From an uncultured virus (IMG/VR IMGVR_UViG_3300003815_000001) (taxonomy: Duplodnaviria; Heunggongvirae; Uroviricota; Caudoviricetes): 64,000 nucleotides of DNA. The stretch lies in IMG/VR virus record IMGVR_UViG_3300003815_000001. One strand, given 5' to 3'. Position 1 is the stretch's first letter, and the number at the start of each line of letters is the position of its first letter. The position numbers were made by a program, and so were the translations under genes. Below, piece by piece: positions 17,301-27,436 of this stretch. The notes beneath the pieces were generated by a model, which saw only the letters and a list, made by a program, of their open reading frames with translations, was not told the origin of the DNA and ran no database searches.

Positions 17301-19759
17301 TCACCGCTTAATGACATTAGATCATCAAACAAAGTTTTTTGTGGTGTGTTTTCTGGTAGTTTTAATGCACGTTTAATCAATGACTTAAAGTCATCCCATA
17401 ATGTTGCATATTTAGATTTGTTTAATACGCTTGGTTGTGAACTCAAGTGTCTAATAAAATCTTTCTTACTAAATCCTTCAGAAATTAATTCATAGACGTT
17501 GCTATTACCATATGGCTGTTTTGATCCTCTTCTCCAGCCTTTTCTAGAGGCTTCTAAAACTTTTACAAAGTCTCTTCCTAATGGAGTAAGTCCTTTGGAT
17601 ACAATTTTACCGTTAGCTGCTTTATATATTTGTACATGCTCATTAACACCATGTACGGTAGCAGCATGCATAGTTTCATGCATGAAAGTATTAATTGCAT
17701 CATTAGCGCTATTTGCACCATGAACGTGTAGTTTATTTTGTAAAGGGAAATACTCTCCACCAACTCTACCACTTTCCTTTTTCATGCCGATGTGGTAATC
17801 GGTAACATGCAATGGAACTTTATTAACTGGACCTACACCCTTTAACTGTTCAGCTAAATGCGTATAAGCTTCTGTATGTTCTGGAGACAGTCCAAATTCT
17901 TCACCACCATTAGTTTTTAAATGGTTGATAACTGTATCTAATGCATCACCAACATAATCATGTTTTTTAATTAAATCATTAAAGCTATTTGATGGCATCT
18001 TGCCACGAATAACTTCATCGTTAGGAAGAACAAAATCGCCCTTTGGTTTATTAATGTCTTGAATATATTCATTTTTTTGATATTCAACATGCTTTAAAAC
18101 TGGCTCTACATTTTCTGGAGTAAGCTCTCCATGTGAATGACGAATTGTATCTAAATGACTTTGTATCTGAGACGGTAATTCTTTAAATTTATCATTAGAT
18201 AATTTATTCCATTCAGCCTCTGTAGATGATGCTTTATATTTTTCAAATTGATTATGAACAGATTCAGCCACATGATTTGGTATATCAACTTTCCCATTAA
18301 TTACAGGATCTTCAGGTGCCTTAATAATAGTGGACTTATCAACTAAATCCTTTTGCAAATATAAAGGAAGATCACCGAACTTAGGGCCATTACCATCTTT
18401 AACTAATGGCGTATCATTCCATGAATTACGTAATTTTGTTTGATCAGTACCTTTTTCAGTTAAGTATTCATCAAACTTTGTGTAATCAGTAAATGCCTTA
18501 TCAAAATTTAAAGGCTCTGGCTTAGCAATAGGTCCTGTTGGAGTTTTTGGAATAGGTTTAACAGGCTCTTCAGCAACTGGAGCTTCTGGCGCAGGAGCAG
18601 CCTCTACTGGAGGTGTAGGAGTTTCAACAGGTTTAGGTTCACCATATACTGATGGATCTGGTGTAATAGGTTTTCCCTCTAATTCACCTAGCATACCACC
18701 GATATCTTGACTTGCACCTGCTGGAGTTGTTGGAATAGGCTTGGTTGTTACTGGCTCAGTAACGGGAGGTTTTTCTGTAGATACTTCTGCTTCAGGTGGT
18801 CTGCGTAATAGTTCTACCTTGCTTCCTGTAAGTTTAGCAACAGGAGCTTCACCTAAATGAGCAAGCGTACGTCCAAGATTGGTTTCTTTCTGACCTGTTA
18901 AACCAAGTGCAGATGCCATCAATAATTTGGTTGGATCAAATGGTTCATTAGAACCAGCTTCATTAGCAGCCTCTAAACCACCAGTAATGGCAGAGTTGAT
19001 TGCAGCATTAACAACAGCAGATTTCTTTTCTGCAGCAAGAGCAGCTGCTTCTTTTTCTCCAAGACCTTCAGCGCTTTTAAGTAGCGCACCAGATGGACGC
19101 ATGACTGCAAGGTTAGGAAGTAACGTACCAGCGAATTGAGCATACGGATGTTGTGCTGCCTCTTGAGCAGCTTGAGCTTCGTCTATGCCTAAGTTCTTAG
19201 CAACTTGTGGATGGGCTTCTAATACGGCTTCTTGTGCTTTCTCTGCAGCAGTTCCACCAAGTAACGCACCACCAATACCACCAACAACAGCACCTACAGG
19301 ACCTAAAGCCATACCAGCTTCAGCACCTGCACCAGCCGCTGGAATCATAGCAGCCATAGGAACTACAGCTCTTTCTACAGCGTGACCGAATGCACCAAGC
19401 GCAGTAGTAGGAGGAGTGTATAAACCAGTACCACTACCAAGATCATAGTGCTTACCAAAGTCTAAGATATAGTTCTTACCCTTTTCACCCAATGCATTTA
19501 TGTCATTGGTTTTTAAGTACTTATCTACAACTCTTGGACTGTCATGAATAGCGATTAAAGCTAGAGAAGGATCTTTATAAATGTCTAAATACTTCTTCAT
19601 TACACCAATGTTGGATGTACTGAAGTTAGTTAGCCCATTATCTTGATAGGCTTTTGCAATTGCAAAGTCAGGATCAACGCCCTGCTTGACAGCCTCATCG
19701 CCAATTTTCGCAGCGAATTTCTTTTGGCTGTCACTTAATTGATCAGCAGTTAATGCCAT
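14372..19759 (-). CDS. Large polyvalent virion/ejection protein: degenerate SLT-like N-terminus, zincin HExxH module, LPD38-like C-terminal region
   Basis: AVKQGVDPDFAIAKAYQD; TFMHETMHAAT; ENAVRLSAY, NLTVNFDKRG, LYAFFNASVQG and IPYPLGFNIF. Confidence 0.7.
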   Translation of the reverse strand: MALTADQLSDSQKKFAAKIGDEAVKQGVDPDFAIAKAYQDNGLTNFSTSNIGVMKKYLDIYKDPSLALIAIHDSPRVVDKYLKTNDINALGEKGKNYILDFGKHYDLGSGTGLYTPPTTALGAFGHAVERAVVPMAAMIPAAGAGAEAGMALGPVGAVVGGIGGALLGGTAAEKAQEAVLEAHPQVAKNLGIDEAQAAQEAAQHPYAQFAGTLLPNLAVMRPSGALLKSAEGLGEKEAAALAAEKKSAVVNAAINSAITGGLEAANEAGSNEPFDPTKLLMASALGLTGQKETNLGRTLAHLGEAPVAKLTGSKVELLRRPPEAEVSTEKPPVTEPVTTKPIPTTPAGASQDIGGMLGELEGKPITPDPSVYGEPKPVETPTPPVEAAPAPEAPVAEEPVKPIPKTPTGPIAKPEPLNFDKAFTDYTKFDEYLTEKGTDQTKLRNSWNDTPLVKDGNGPKFGDLPLYLQKDLVDKSTIIKAPEDPVINGKVDIPNHVAESVHNQFEKYKASSTEAEWNKLSNDKFKELPSQIQSHLDTIRHSHGELTPENVEPVLKHVEYQKNEYIQDINKPKGDFVLPNDEVIRGKMPSNSFNDLIKKHDYVGDALDTVINHLKTNGGEEFGLSPEHTEAYTHLAEQLKGVGPVNKVPLHVTDYHIGMKKESGRVGGEYFPLQNKLHVHGANSANDAINTFMHETMHAATVHGVNEHVQIYKAANGKIVSKGLTPLGRDFVKVLEASRKGWRRGSKQPYGNSNVYELISEGFSKKDFIRHLSSQPSVLNKSKYATLWDDFKSLIKRALKLPENTPQKTLFDDLMSLSGEVTRGKDFKAYADEKKVRGLSSVQSFGDVNYKGNKPPEPTWEHPLTNATDKQLHIDKFIHALQDNQLDAKNIEKAIKAAGHKIESRFSPYEKEQTFHGRVATKIREFLLGDVMPAVKAMEKEKITPAEINEYMHNRHAEERNEQMNKINPDTYHPNTGELIQENPLKDQGSGIHTQDARKYLAELDPKKREALERVAKHFDEMIKDTQEVLRRSGDIAPDMLDMWNATYKHYVPLHRVQEGENPFSGVGKGFAVRGNFGKRALGSKATVDDIIGNIVAAHERALIREEKMEVQKAVYGLAIKHPNPGFWMAVNPDALKNPAGVIEELRNMGIDQPEDLIKNLMAEPKERVLTKVKPGPERFDINGEPLPASREVVRNKINTLERYQDHVFTVRINGKDRYVFFNPKDPNAMRMARSLQNMDAEQMNAAMRGIGAATRWFANVNTQYNPIFGFVNLFRDVKGAMYNLSTTQLAGKQKEVAKNIMPAMRGIISTLRDERIGETGTKGEWAELYKDFRREGGQAGHRESLVRRQDQMRIIDEKLSQIKHGNARKAFGYVAGMLTDFNDMMENAVRLSAYKAALDKNIAGRDIKSIPPDELAGIKHDAAIIAKNLTVNFDKRGAFSQKVNSLYAFFNASVQGSARVLETLKGPAGKKIMAGGLGIGVMQSIMLSAAGYDENDIPEFVKEKNFIVPMPDQKYLSIPYPLGFNIFPNIGRITSDYAGNGFTHTGKHIGDMASTIADAFSPLGATLGLQTITPTVLDPLVAISQNQDAFGRPIAREDRATAPTPGWERSRDNASSLSQGIAYALNLLTSGGEEHAKGFISPTADQLDYLAGQIGGGVSREILKAGELAKSTTTGEEVPMHRIPFFGRFVGDVGSPAATSQQFYTNITDMAEHENVVKGRMKSQGDVMGYYQDHPEARLWNAANNVENQINALNKRKRELESRGASVEALKQVENQKTVIMQRFNNQVKAVQEQ

Positions 19760-19768
19760 TGCAAATCC

Positions 19769-22744
19769 TTATTGTTGAGATGCTTTGACTTGAGAGTATA
19801 CACTAGACTGTTGTGGAGCACTAGCAGTCTGAGTACCTCCAAAATGTTTATCCCACCATGATGGTTGTTTTTCAGGTGTAATTGGCGTATCACTTGGTTT
19901 AGGTAAGTTCAACATACTAGCGTATGGACCTTTGCTCATTACATTATATGTATATACATCAGCCTGTCTTTGAATTTCATCTGCAGGAAGTTCTGGATGC
20001 ATTTTAGAGATCGTAGTGTATGCGCTATTTTGAATTCTAGTCAACTCACCTGAAGCGGTTGCTGTCATCAAGCGTTGTTGTTCTCTTTCTTTTTCCTCAC
20101 GGCTTAATTGCTTGTTAGCATTGATTTCTGCAAGACGGGCTTGAAGATTTTGTGCACTTGCAGCCAATGTTTCTCTGTGCATTTTTTCTTGCAATGCCAT
20201 TTGTTGATCTTTGATATCTTTGCTTTGTTGCAATGTCGCAATGTTACCAATGAGTCCAAGATCACGTGCTTGATCAGCCTTAGCAGCTTCGTATTTAAGC
20301 GTATTGATTTTGCTTAGATCTTTAGTATTTTCATCTTCTTGTGCTGACAAGTAGTTCAATGCGCCTGTACCAGCAACACCTAGGTTAGTTAATGCATCAG
20401 CCCAGTTATGACCTGTACGAGCAGGAGCAGACATCATGCCAAGACCAGCACGGATAAGCGCTTCATCTTTTGCTCTTGCTTTTCTTTCCTCAATGCTCTT
20501 CATCAATGATTGAACATCTTTCTCAATCGCTGTAGATGCATTACCTTTAGTTAAGTCAAGACCAGCTAATGGACTGCTTGCAGGAACAGATACGTCACCA
20601 AACTGTGTATGGATAATCTTGTACTCTTCTTGCGGTGCAGCTTGTGGAGCAGCAGGCATTGGAATACCAGCAGGAGCAGCTTTAGGTGCAGCAACAGGTG
20701 AAGGCGTTCCAGCACCAGGATTACCAGCACCAGGGAGACCAGCAGCAGGAGGTGCAGCATTAGCATCAGCTATCATGTTACTTGGATTGTTAGCCATCAT
20801 CTTATCAAAGGCAAGACCATTAGCATTAACTGCAGCTGGGTTAGCAGCTTGTACGGCAGCCTGTGCTTGTGCTTTCTTTTGATCTTGTAATGCGTTGTAT
20901 GCGGCAATACCAGCTTCAGTTGATTTCTGGAACTCAGCTTCCTTGTCTACTTTTTTAGATTCTTTTTTAACAATGTTGCCACTCTTATCATACGTAGGAT
21001 GAGCTGATTCATACAAGCCAGATAAGCTACCTAACAATGCTTTACCAGCAGTAATAGGAAGACCAACGGTATAGTCTAGACCAGTTCCTGCGGCTTTAGC
21101 TAACCAACTATCATGCAATGCTTGATCATATGCTACGTCAGCTGGACTCAATGGGTCTGCTTTAGGAACTTTCTCACCATCAGCAAATGCTAAGATACCG
21201 CCACCCGCCATACGTGTCATATCTCCCGTACCAATAGCACCTAGACCTGTACGATTAGGATCCATTTGTGCTACTTGTTGTTGTGGAGGTAAGCCTTGTG
21301 GTTGTGGCAATGGTTGACTCATTACCTTAGCAGCCTGTGGATTACTATTCATATAGTTATTCAAACCAAGCTGACCTTGCGCTACAATCTTAGCAATTGC
21401 GCTCTCTGATGGGCTTTGCTGTACTTGTTGAAGCTGTTGATTATTCATCATCTTCATAGGAATAGCGCCACCAACATCGTAACGTTCTACTTTATCTTCT
21501 TGTAAACCACCACGTTTAGAGCCAGAAGTCTTACCCATTAAAGAGCTTAGACCTAAACCAGCGGTACCAAGACCAGCCAATTGAGATACAGTGCTTGGCG
21601 CAGCTTGATACATTGATGTAGAAGCTTGTTGCATTGGTAAACCACGTAGCATAGAGTTGAGCAAGCCCAATTGCATGAATGGATACTGTTGTGCTGTAGC
21701 GTAGTTTTGAATTGCTTGATTGATAATGTTTTGTTGTTGTGCTTGTTGTGTTGCACCTTGTTGCGCTTGTGTACCAATAACGCCTTGCTCTGCACCCAAT
21801 TGTTGAGTACCAATGTTTGCAAGATTTGTAGCTTGTTGACCAGCTTGATTAAGACCAGCAAGACCATATTGACCAGCATTAACTCCTTGACCAACACCTT
21901 GTAATCCTGTTTGTGCGCCAGCAATACCTGTATTAAGAGCAGCGTTACCAGCTTGCATACCTTGTAGACCAAGATTAGCAGCTGCCAATTGTTGTGCTTG
22001 AGCATTATTAAATGCAGTATTGTAGCCCTGACCAATTGCTTGATTCATTGCTGTATTTTTATTACGCTCATTTTCAGCGGCCATCAATGCTTCACGTGAG
22101 CCACCAAATGCACCTTGTTGCGTAGCATTAGCTTGTTCTTGTTGACCAGTAATTCCGTATTGACGTTGCATCTCTTGCAATTGTGGTTGCAATGATGATT
22201 GTAAATATGGGTTCATGTACGCTTGTACAGCATATGGATTGGTTGCTTGGTTAGCAAAGTTTTGACCAGCACCATAACCCATGCCAGCCATATTAGCAGC
22301 CATGTTGCCGAACATTGCGCCTTGATTACCATAGCCTAATGATTGACCCATTAATCCTTGTGCTTGATTAGCAGCACCTAAAGAACCAATACCTGCTTGA
22401 GCAGCTAAATTAGAACCGAAATTATATTGACCAGGCACTTGTAAATTAGCAGCAGATGATTGTGCTTGCTGTTGCAATGGTGACATTGATGCTACGTAAT
22501 CAGAAGGATTAGAGCTGTATGGCGTATAAGCATTAAAGCCAGTACCAGATGGGTTATAAATTTGTGATTGCGCTGCATTCAACATGTTCATGACGTATGG
22601 CTGTGCATAGTCAGGAATGTTAGTATTCGTAACAGTAGTGTTAGTAGGGCCTGAAGGTGCAGATCCGCCACCCTCTAATGTCATACGTTTGCCAACTGGC
22701 TGAAATGCCTTTTCTGGCAACATGTCAAAATGGTTATATCTCAT
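19769..22744 (-). CDS. Internal virion / DNA ejection protein (Q/A/G-rich)
   Basis: Low-complexity helical protein with YMNPY and GAFGGSREAL motifs; lies between the tail hub and the giant protein. Confidence 0.6.
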   Translation of the reverse strand: MRYNHFDMLPEKAFQPVGKRMTLEGGGSAPSGPTNTTVTNTNIPDYAQPYVMNMLNAAQSQIYNPSGTGFNAYTPYSSNPSDYVASMSPLQQQAQSSAANLQVPGQYNFGSNLAAQAGIGSLGAANQAQGLMGQSLGYGNQGAMFGNMAANMAGMGYGAGQNFANQATNPYAVQAYMNPYLQSSLQPQLQEMQRQYGITGQQEQANATQQGAFGGSREALMAAENERNKNTAMNQAIGQGYNTAFNNAQAQQLAAANLGLQGMQAGNAALNTGIAGAQTGLQGVGQGVNAGQYGLAGLNQAGQQATNLANIGTQQLGAEQGVIGTQAQQGATQQAQQQNIINQAIQNYATAQQYPFMQLGLLNSMLRGLPMQQASTSMYQAAPSTVSQLAGLGTAGLGLSSLMGKTSGSKRGGLQEDKVERYDVGGAIPMKMMNNQQLQQVQQSPSESAIAKIVAQGQLGLNNYMNSNPQAAKVMSQPLPQPQGLPPQQQVAQMDPNRTGLGAIGTGDMTRMAGGGILAFADGEKVPKADPLSPADVAYDQALHDSWLAKAAGTGLDYTVGLPITAGKALLGSLSGLYESAHPTYDKSGNIVKKESKKVDKEAEFQKSTEAGIAAYNALQDQKKAQAQAAVQAANPAAVNANGLAFDKMMANNPSNMIADANAAPPAAGLPGAGNPGAGTPSPVAAPKAAPAGIPMPAAPQAAPQEEYKIIHTQFGDVSVPASSPLAGLDLTKGNASTAIEKDVQSLMKSIEERKARAKDEALIRAGLGMMSAPARTGHNWADALTNLGVAGTGALNYLSAQEDENTKDLSKINTLKYEAAKADQARDLGLIGNIATLQQSKDIKDQQMALQEKMHRETLAASAQNLQARLAEINANKQLSREEKEREQQRLMTATASGELTRIQNSAYTTISKMHPELPADEIQRQADVYTYNVMSKGPYASMLNLPKPSDTPITPEKQPSWWDKHFGGTQTASAPQQSSVYSQVKASQQ

Positions 22745-22757
22745 ATGGCTTTACCTA

Positions 22758-23204
22758 CTATAAAATTTTCGTGAATAATTTATCTGTATGTTTGTAACCT
22801 AAGTATTCAAACAATCTACTGTTATCTAAATGAATCTTTGTATGGACAATGATTCTGTTAATGCCACGCTCTTTTAAAACCTTTTCAGCGTATTGAAACA
22901 ACTTAATGCCAACTCTTCCCTTACGATACTCTTTTTTGATAAAGTAAACATCTTCATAAGCAGTCTTGCAGTCTTTATAGTGCACATGTGGCTGGATAAA
23001 AAATGCAATATAACCAATGAGTTCGCCATCATTTCTACAGGTAATTGTACGAAGCATACCAGAATTTGCCATATTCTTGTACGCATCCCAATCAGGATTT
23101 AATGGAAACTCTTTTGTAACGCAAAGCTCATCATAATGCAGTGGAAGAACCTGCATAAATTCTTCAATGAAGTCTATACCATTAACGTCTTCGTAAATGA
23201 TCAT
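22758..23204 (-). CDS. GNAT-family acetyltransferase
   Basis: DVYFIKKEYRKGRVGIKLF (motif A); RLFEYLGY. Confidence 0.8.
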   Translation of the reverse strand: MIIYEDVNGIDFIEEFMQVLPLHYDELCVTKEFPLNPDWDAYKNMANSGMLRTITCRNDGELIGYIAFFIQPHVHYKDCKTAYEDVYFIKKEYRKGRVGIKLFQYAEKVLKERGINRIIVHTKIHLDNSRLFEYLGYKHTDKLFTKIL

Positions 23205-24916
23205 GCTGGCAAGTATTTATATGCTTTAGTGTCTGCTGCAAATTTATCTTTTCCCATTGTTTTTTTACGGGCATTTTGCACACGGTCCATCATAGCGTAT
23301 AGTCTTTTTGCGCCAGCATCAGTTGATCCATTTCCTAGTTCAGATACTATTCTGGATGGCACGACAAATTCCCCTGTCGCCAAACGTGCTGGTTGATGAT
23401 GACCAATAGATGCTGGAATAGAATCACTTACACCATCACCTGGACCTTTAAGTAAACGACCACCATCTGAGTATGAACCCAATGTACCAATACCACCCAT
23501 TGACATATTCATTAAGCCACCTTCTTTAGCAGCAGCTGGTTGTTGTGCTTGTTGTGCAATTTGTTGTTGTGATACTAATGCTGGATCTGTAGGGATTGCA
23601 CCTAATGCACCTGCACTTGACATTGAGGTTTTGCCTGGGACAAATGCAGCAGTACGTAAATCATTCATCATACCAACTGCACGTTGATATGGATCAGCCG
23701 CTTTATATTTTTCTTCTCCATAAGCTACTGTGCCTGGATCAGTATGGAATGCAGCATGATAATTAGACATCTCATGTTTTGATGGACTAATCATTTCAAG
23801 ACCTTTTTGCATCTCTTGTTCTGCATCAATAATCTTTTTAATCTTAGTGCTATCACTTACCTCTTCACCATCTGCATACGTTTTAACATCCATCAAACCA
23901 CCACCAGCAGCAGCTATAGGGTTATATGGATTTTGTACGTAATTAGGATATTGTGCATGGTAATAAGGCTGTGGTGATGCTGGAACAGTAGGGCCTGACC
24001 ATTGTGGGTTAATCTTTAATCCCATTGGATTTGTATTTTGACTAGTAGTTGCAGATGGAATGCCAGGTTGAATTGCTTTCATTGCGGCACCAAGAATAGG
24101 ACTGACCACGCCAAAGGTTGACCAAGGATTAGCTTTAGCAAAGTTCCATGCATTACCTAATGATTGACCAACACCTGTACCTGCGGGGTTAGAAATTCCA
24201 CTCCATACAGCACCTAAACCTTGAGCATTTGATGCTAATGATGCATTAGCTTGACCTGCTGCACGAATAACATTATTAATGGTTGTTTGATCACCAGCTG
24301 CAGATGCAATTTGATTTTGTATATTAGCAAGTTGATCAGATGATAAGTTTGGAAATTGTTGTGGTGTTACAATGCTTTGGGCTGCATTAGTAAAACTAGA
24401 ACCAGTAGGAGCAATATTGGTTGCAGCCATATTAGGAGCAATCGCTTGACCTGTAGCATCTGTAATAGCTGCTGGAGCTGCTTGTTGTGCTGCCGCTTGC
24501 TGTGCTTGTTGGAATGCAGCATCTGCCGTATTGCCACCAGTTTGCAATAAACTTTGTTGACCAGCTGTAGATAAAGCATTGCCAAAACCTGCACCACTCC
24601 ATGCGCCTAAACCAGCCATTAAGCCTTGACCCAAACTTCCCGTGACTGCAGCATCAGCTAATCCCACACCGCCAGCAATTAACATTGGGTCAATACCAGT
24701 CATTGCACCTAATGCTGCACCAGCAACAGTAGGAAGTAATGAGCTTAAGAAGCCAGCTTCAGGTAAGCCAGTATGAGGGTTGATCGTTAATGAGCCGCCT
24801 TTAGCTTCAGCAAGCTTTTGCAGTGAAGCAAGCTCACCAGTAGTCATATGGACTAGATGGGTATCATCACCACGACCGTGGGCTTGTAAATGTTGTGCTG
24901 CTAGTTGTAGGCTCAT
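23201..24916 (-). CDS. Internal virion / ejection protein
   Basis: GRGDDTHLVHMT..E, TINPHTGLPEA, and C-terminal GPGDGVSDSIPA...RLATGEFVV motifs. Confidence 0.6.
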   Translation of the reverse strand: MSLQLAAQHLQAHGRGDDTHLVHMTTGELASLQKLAEAKGGSLTINPHTGLPEAGFLSSLLPTVAGAALGAMTGIDPMLIAGGVGLADAAVTGSLGQGLMAGLGAWSGAGFGNALSTAGQQSLLQTGGNTADAAFQQAQQAAAQQAAPAAITDATGQAIAPNMAATNIAPTGSSFTNAAQSIVTPQQFPNLSSDQLANIQNQIASAAGDQTTINNVIRAAGQANASLASNAQGLGAVWSGISNPAGTGVGQSLGNAWNFAKANPWSTFGVVSPILGAAMKAIQPGIPSATTSQNTNPMGLKINPQWSGPTVPASPQPYYHAQYPNYVQNPYNPIAAAGGGLMDVKTYADGEEVSDSTKIKKIIDAEQEMQKGLEMISPSKHEMSNYHAAFHTDPGTVAYGEEKYKAADPYQRAVGMMNDLRTAAFVPGKTSMSSAGALGAIPTDPALVSQQQIAQQAQQPAAAKEGGLMNMSMGGIGTLGSYSDGGRLLKGPGDGVSDSIPASIGHHQPARLATGEFVVPSRIVSELGNGSTDAGAKRLYAMMDRVQNARKKTMGKDKFAADTKAYKYLPA

Positions 24917-24956
24917 AATTCCACCAATTTGTCAATGTGTTACATTTTAAAGGGTT

Positions 24957-25244
24957 TTACACAATAGTGCCACTAGAATTTACCCAATGTGTACCATTAT
25001 ACCAAATTGGTATTCCAAGCGTGGTATCAAAGTAAATAGTGCCTATAGGTAAATCAAAGGTTGGTCTGTTTGCTGTAGTGCCAAAAGATGGCTTAGCTAC
25101 ATTCTGTGTAAAATTATCTATCTGATTAAAATACAAACGTAAAGCATTGGTAAGTTGTATTTCATACTCAATAGAATACTCTGTTTGCGCTGTTGGTAAG
25201 TTAGGCGCAATAGTTGGCTTGACGGTGTAATTAATTGAACTCAT
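24957..25244 (-). CDS. Small virion-associated protein
   Basis: LRLYFNQIDN; GTTANRP...YFDTTLGIPIWYNG. Confidence 0.55.
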   Translation of the reverse strand: MSSINYTVKPTIAPNLPTAQTEYSIEYEIQLTNALRLYFNQIDNFTQNVAKPSFGTTANRPTFDLPIGTIYFDTTLGIPIWYNGTHWVNSSGTIV

Positions 25245-27436
25245 CGTCTGCCTGCTGGTTTCAGATCAATACGTGGTGTACCTAATTGCCATGCTACGCC
25301 AAGATCTGTAGATTTAATCTGAAAAGCCATTTGGCGTCCACGAAGCCTTGTATATACCTGACCTGTATATTGTTCAATGGTATATTCAGAAGCTGTCTGA
25401 TAGTTATTTGCACTTGTTACCGTATCAATATCTGATGGCACATATGGAGAACCTGAGTTCTGACGTCCATACAATGTCATGGTGATTGATGGTGCATTTA
25501 CTGTAGAGCCGTTGAAATTGATGTCAGGCAACATACGCCATACGAATCCCAAGTGGTCCCCAGCTTCAATACCAAAGTCTGAAGATTGTATATATGACAC
25601 AATAGGTTGCGGTGAAGCTGTTGATACATCATCTGTCCCTACCTCATGATAAAGTAAACGATTGTTGTAATCTGCTGCTACAGGGCTTGGGTTAATACCA
25701 TATTGTAACCATGCTGTTCTAGCCATTGTTCCATATGACCATACTTTGTCTAAGTAATTATAAATCACATACTTATCAATAGTATTATTAACACTTTCAT
25801 TGCTGACATAGAACCACCAAACTTCATTAAATGCTTCATTAGCTCCTGCAAATATTTGGAATGCTTGGGTTAAATTAATGTCATCAAAGATGTATTGGCG
25901 TAAAGCACATGGCAATGTTTGTACAGTACCAGAATACGTATAGAACTTACCCTTACCAATCCAATAAGTAACGTTAGCAACTGTTACTGCAGAGTTTGGT
26001 GAAAGTATAGAGATATTATCCATCAATACTTGGAAGCTGAATACATACGGATATCCAATGTATTGCATTGAATATAAACAAGAATCTGTCCATATCAAGT
26101 TTTCTTGTCTAGTAGCCATTGAGGTCATAATGTATGAGCCATTAGTCAAAGCAAACTCACCTGACTGATTTGTCACCGCAGGAACCCATTGTGTTGGATT
26201 TGCTTGATCAGACCAACGTACCAACATAGGATTAAATGTGGCGGAGTATGTACCACCATTGTAAGAATTAGATCCCATCGCAATAATAAATTGTTGAATG
26301 GATGAGGTTAATACTTGGAATGTTTGTGTTGGTACAAACGTAGGATTGTTGCCTGCTGGTGTAGCAAGTGATGCCAAAGATACGGCTCTTGTACTGACCG
26401 TATTAGCATCTTGCCAATAATAAATAGGACCGCCACGTGGTGCAATCACCAAGTCGGCACCATAGTTATCTTGTGTCCACAAACGTAATTGTTGTGTTAA
26501 ACCTACAGATGAAGCAGCGCCCCAACCACGAGCGCCATTTTGTGGATAAACAATTATATTAGATCCGCCACCAGCTGATACCGTAGAAGTTGCAGTGCCT
26601 TGTGTAGTAACTGTATATGTATTAGTTCCTGTCACAGTCACTGTAAAGTTAGTATTAATATCTGATGCTGGAATACCACCAATGTCAGAAGAACCTGAAA
26701 TATATACCCAGTTGCCTGTTGTTAAACCATGTGCCGTTTGCGTAACAGTAATCACTAAACTACCATTAGTGGTTGCTAATGGATTAACACCAAGACTAAC
26801 TGGAACGGTGTATGACCAAGGACCAGCACCCCAGCCTAGACCTGTTGTTGCAACATCTAAGCCAGTAGGATATTCAAATTGGAATGTAACAGTACCACCG
26901 CCAGTTGCTGTAGAAGATGCTGGGTTAGTGGCATTCACAGTAAATGTAGTAGATGTTGGAACAGTAGTAATAATATACTCACCATTGATACTCAATCCAC
27001 CTACGTTAGCAGTAGATGTAATAACAATATAATCACCAACATTAGGCGTATAGTTTGGATCTGTTAATGTAATAACTCTAGAGCCAGACTGTGTTGCAAT
27101 TGGGTTAGCCCCTAATGTATTTGGTGGAGATAATGCTGTCCCATCCTTACGATAGATTGGCGTAATGTCATTATATGTACCAGCATAGTAAATGTAGTAT
27201 TTAATATTAGTGCCTAATGCAATATAAGCAGTTACACCATCGGCATCAACCCATGTCCACAAAGAACGTGCATGACCAAGATATTGAGCAGAAGATACTT
27301 GTATCCAGCCACCAATCTTTTCTGGTTGTCCAGAACGAAAGCGTACCTTATCCGCATCATACCAACCACCTTCATTAGAATAGTTGGTGCCTTCACGGTT
27401 AAGACCAGCACGATATACAAGTTTTTGTAATGCCAT
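25241..27436 (-). CDS. Tail hub / DNA stabilisation protein (P22 gp10 / tail tubular B-like)
   Basis: DKVRFRSGQPEKIGGW, VRWSDQ and FNEVWWFY motifs; size and position. Confidence 0.65.
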   Translation of the reverse strand: MALQKLVYRAGLNREGTNYSNEGGWYDADKVRFRSGQPEKIGGWIQVSSAQYLGHARSLWTWVDADGVTAYIALGTNIKYYIYYAGTYNDITPIYRKDGTALSPPNTLGANPIATQSGSRVITLTDPNYTPNVGDYIVITSTANVGGLSINGEYIITTVPTSTTFTVNATNPASSTATGGGTVTFQFEYPTGLDVATTGLGWGAGPWSYTVPVSLGVNPLATTNGSLVITVTQTAHGLTTGNWVYISGSSDIGGIPASDINTNFTVTVTGTNTYTVTTQGTATSTVSAGGGSNIIVYPQNGARGWGAASSVGLTQQLRLWTQDNYGADLVIAPRGGPIYYWQDANTVSTRAVSLASLATPAGNNPTFVPTQTFQVLTSSIQQFIIAMGSNSYNGGTYSATFNPMLVRWSDQANPTQWVPAVTNQSGEFALTNGSYIMTSMATRQENLIWTDSCLYSMQYIGYPYVFSFQVLMDNISILSPNSAVTVANVTYWIGKGKFYTYSGTVQTLPCALRQYIFDDINLTQAFQIFAGANEAFNEVWWFYVSNESVNNTIDKYVIYNYLDKVWSYGTMARTAWLQYGINPSPVAADYNNRLLYHEVGTDDVSTASPQPIVSYIQSSDFGIEAGDHLGFVWRMLPDINFNGSTVNAPSITMTLYGRQNSGSPYVPSDIDTVTSANNYQTASEYTIEQYTGQVYTRLRGRQMAFQIKSTDLGVAWQLGTPRIDLKPAGRR

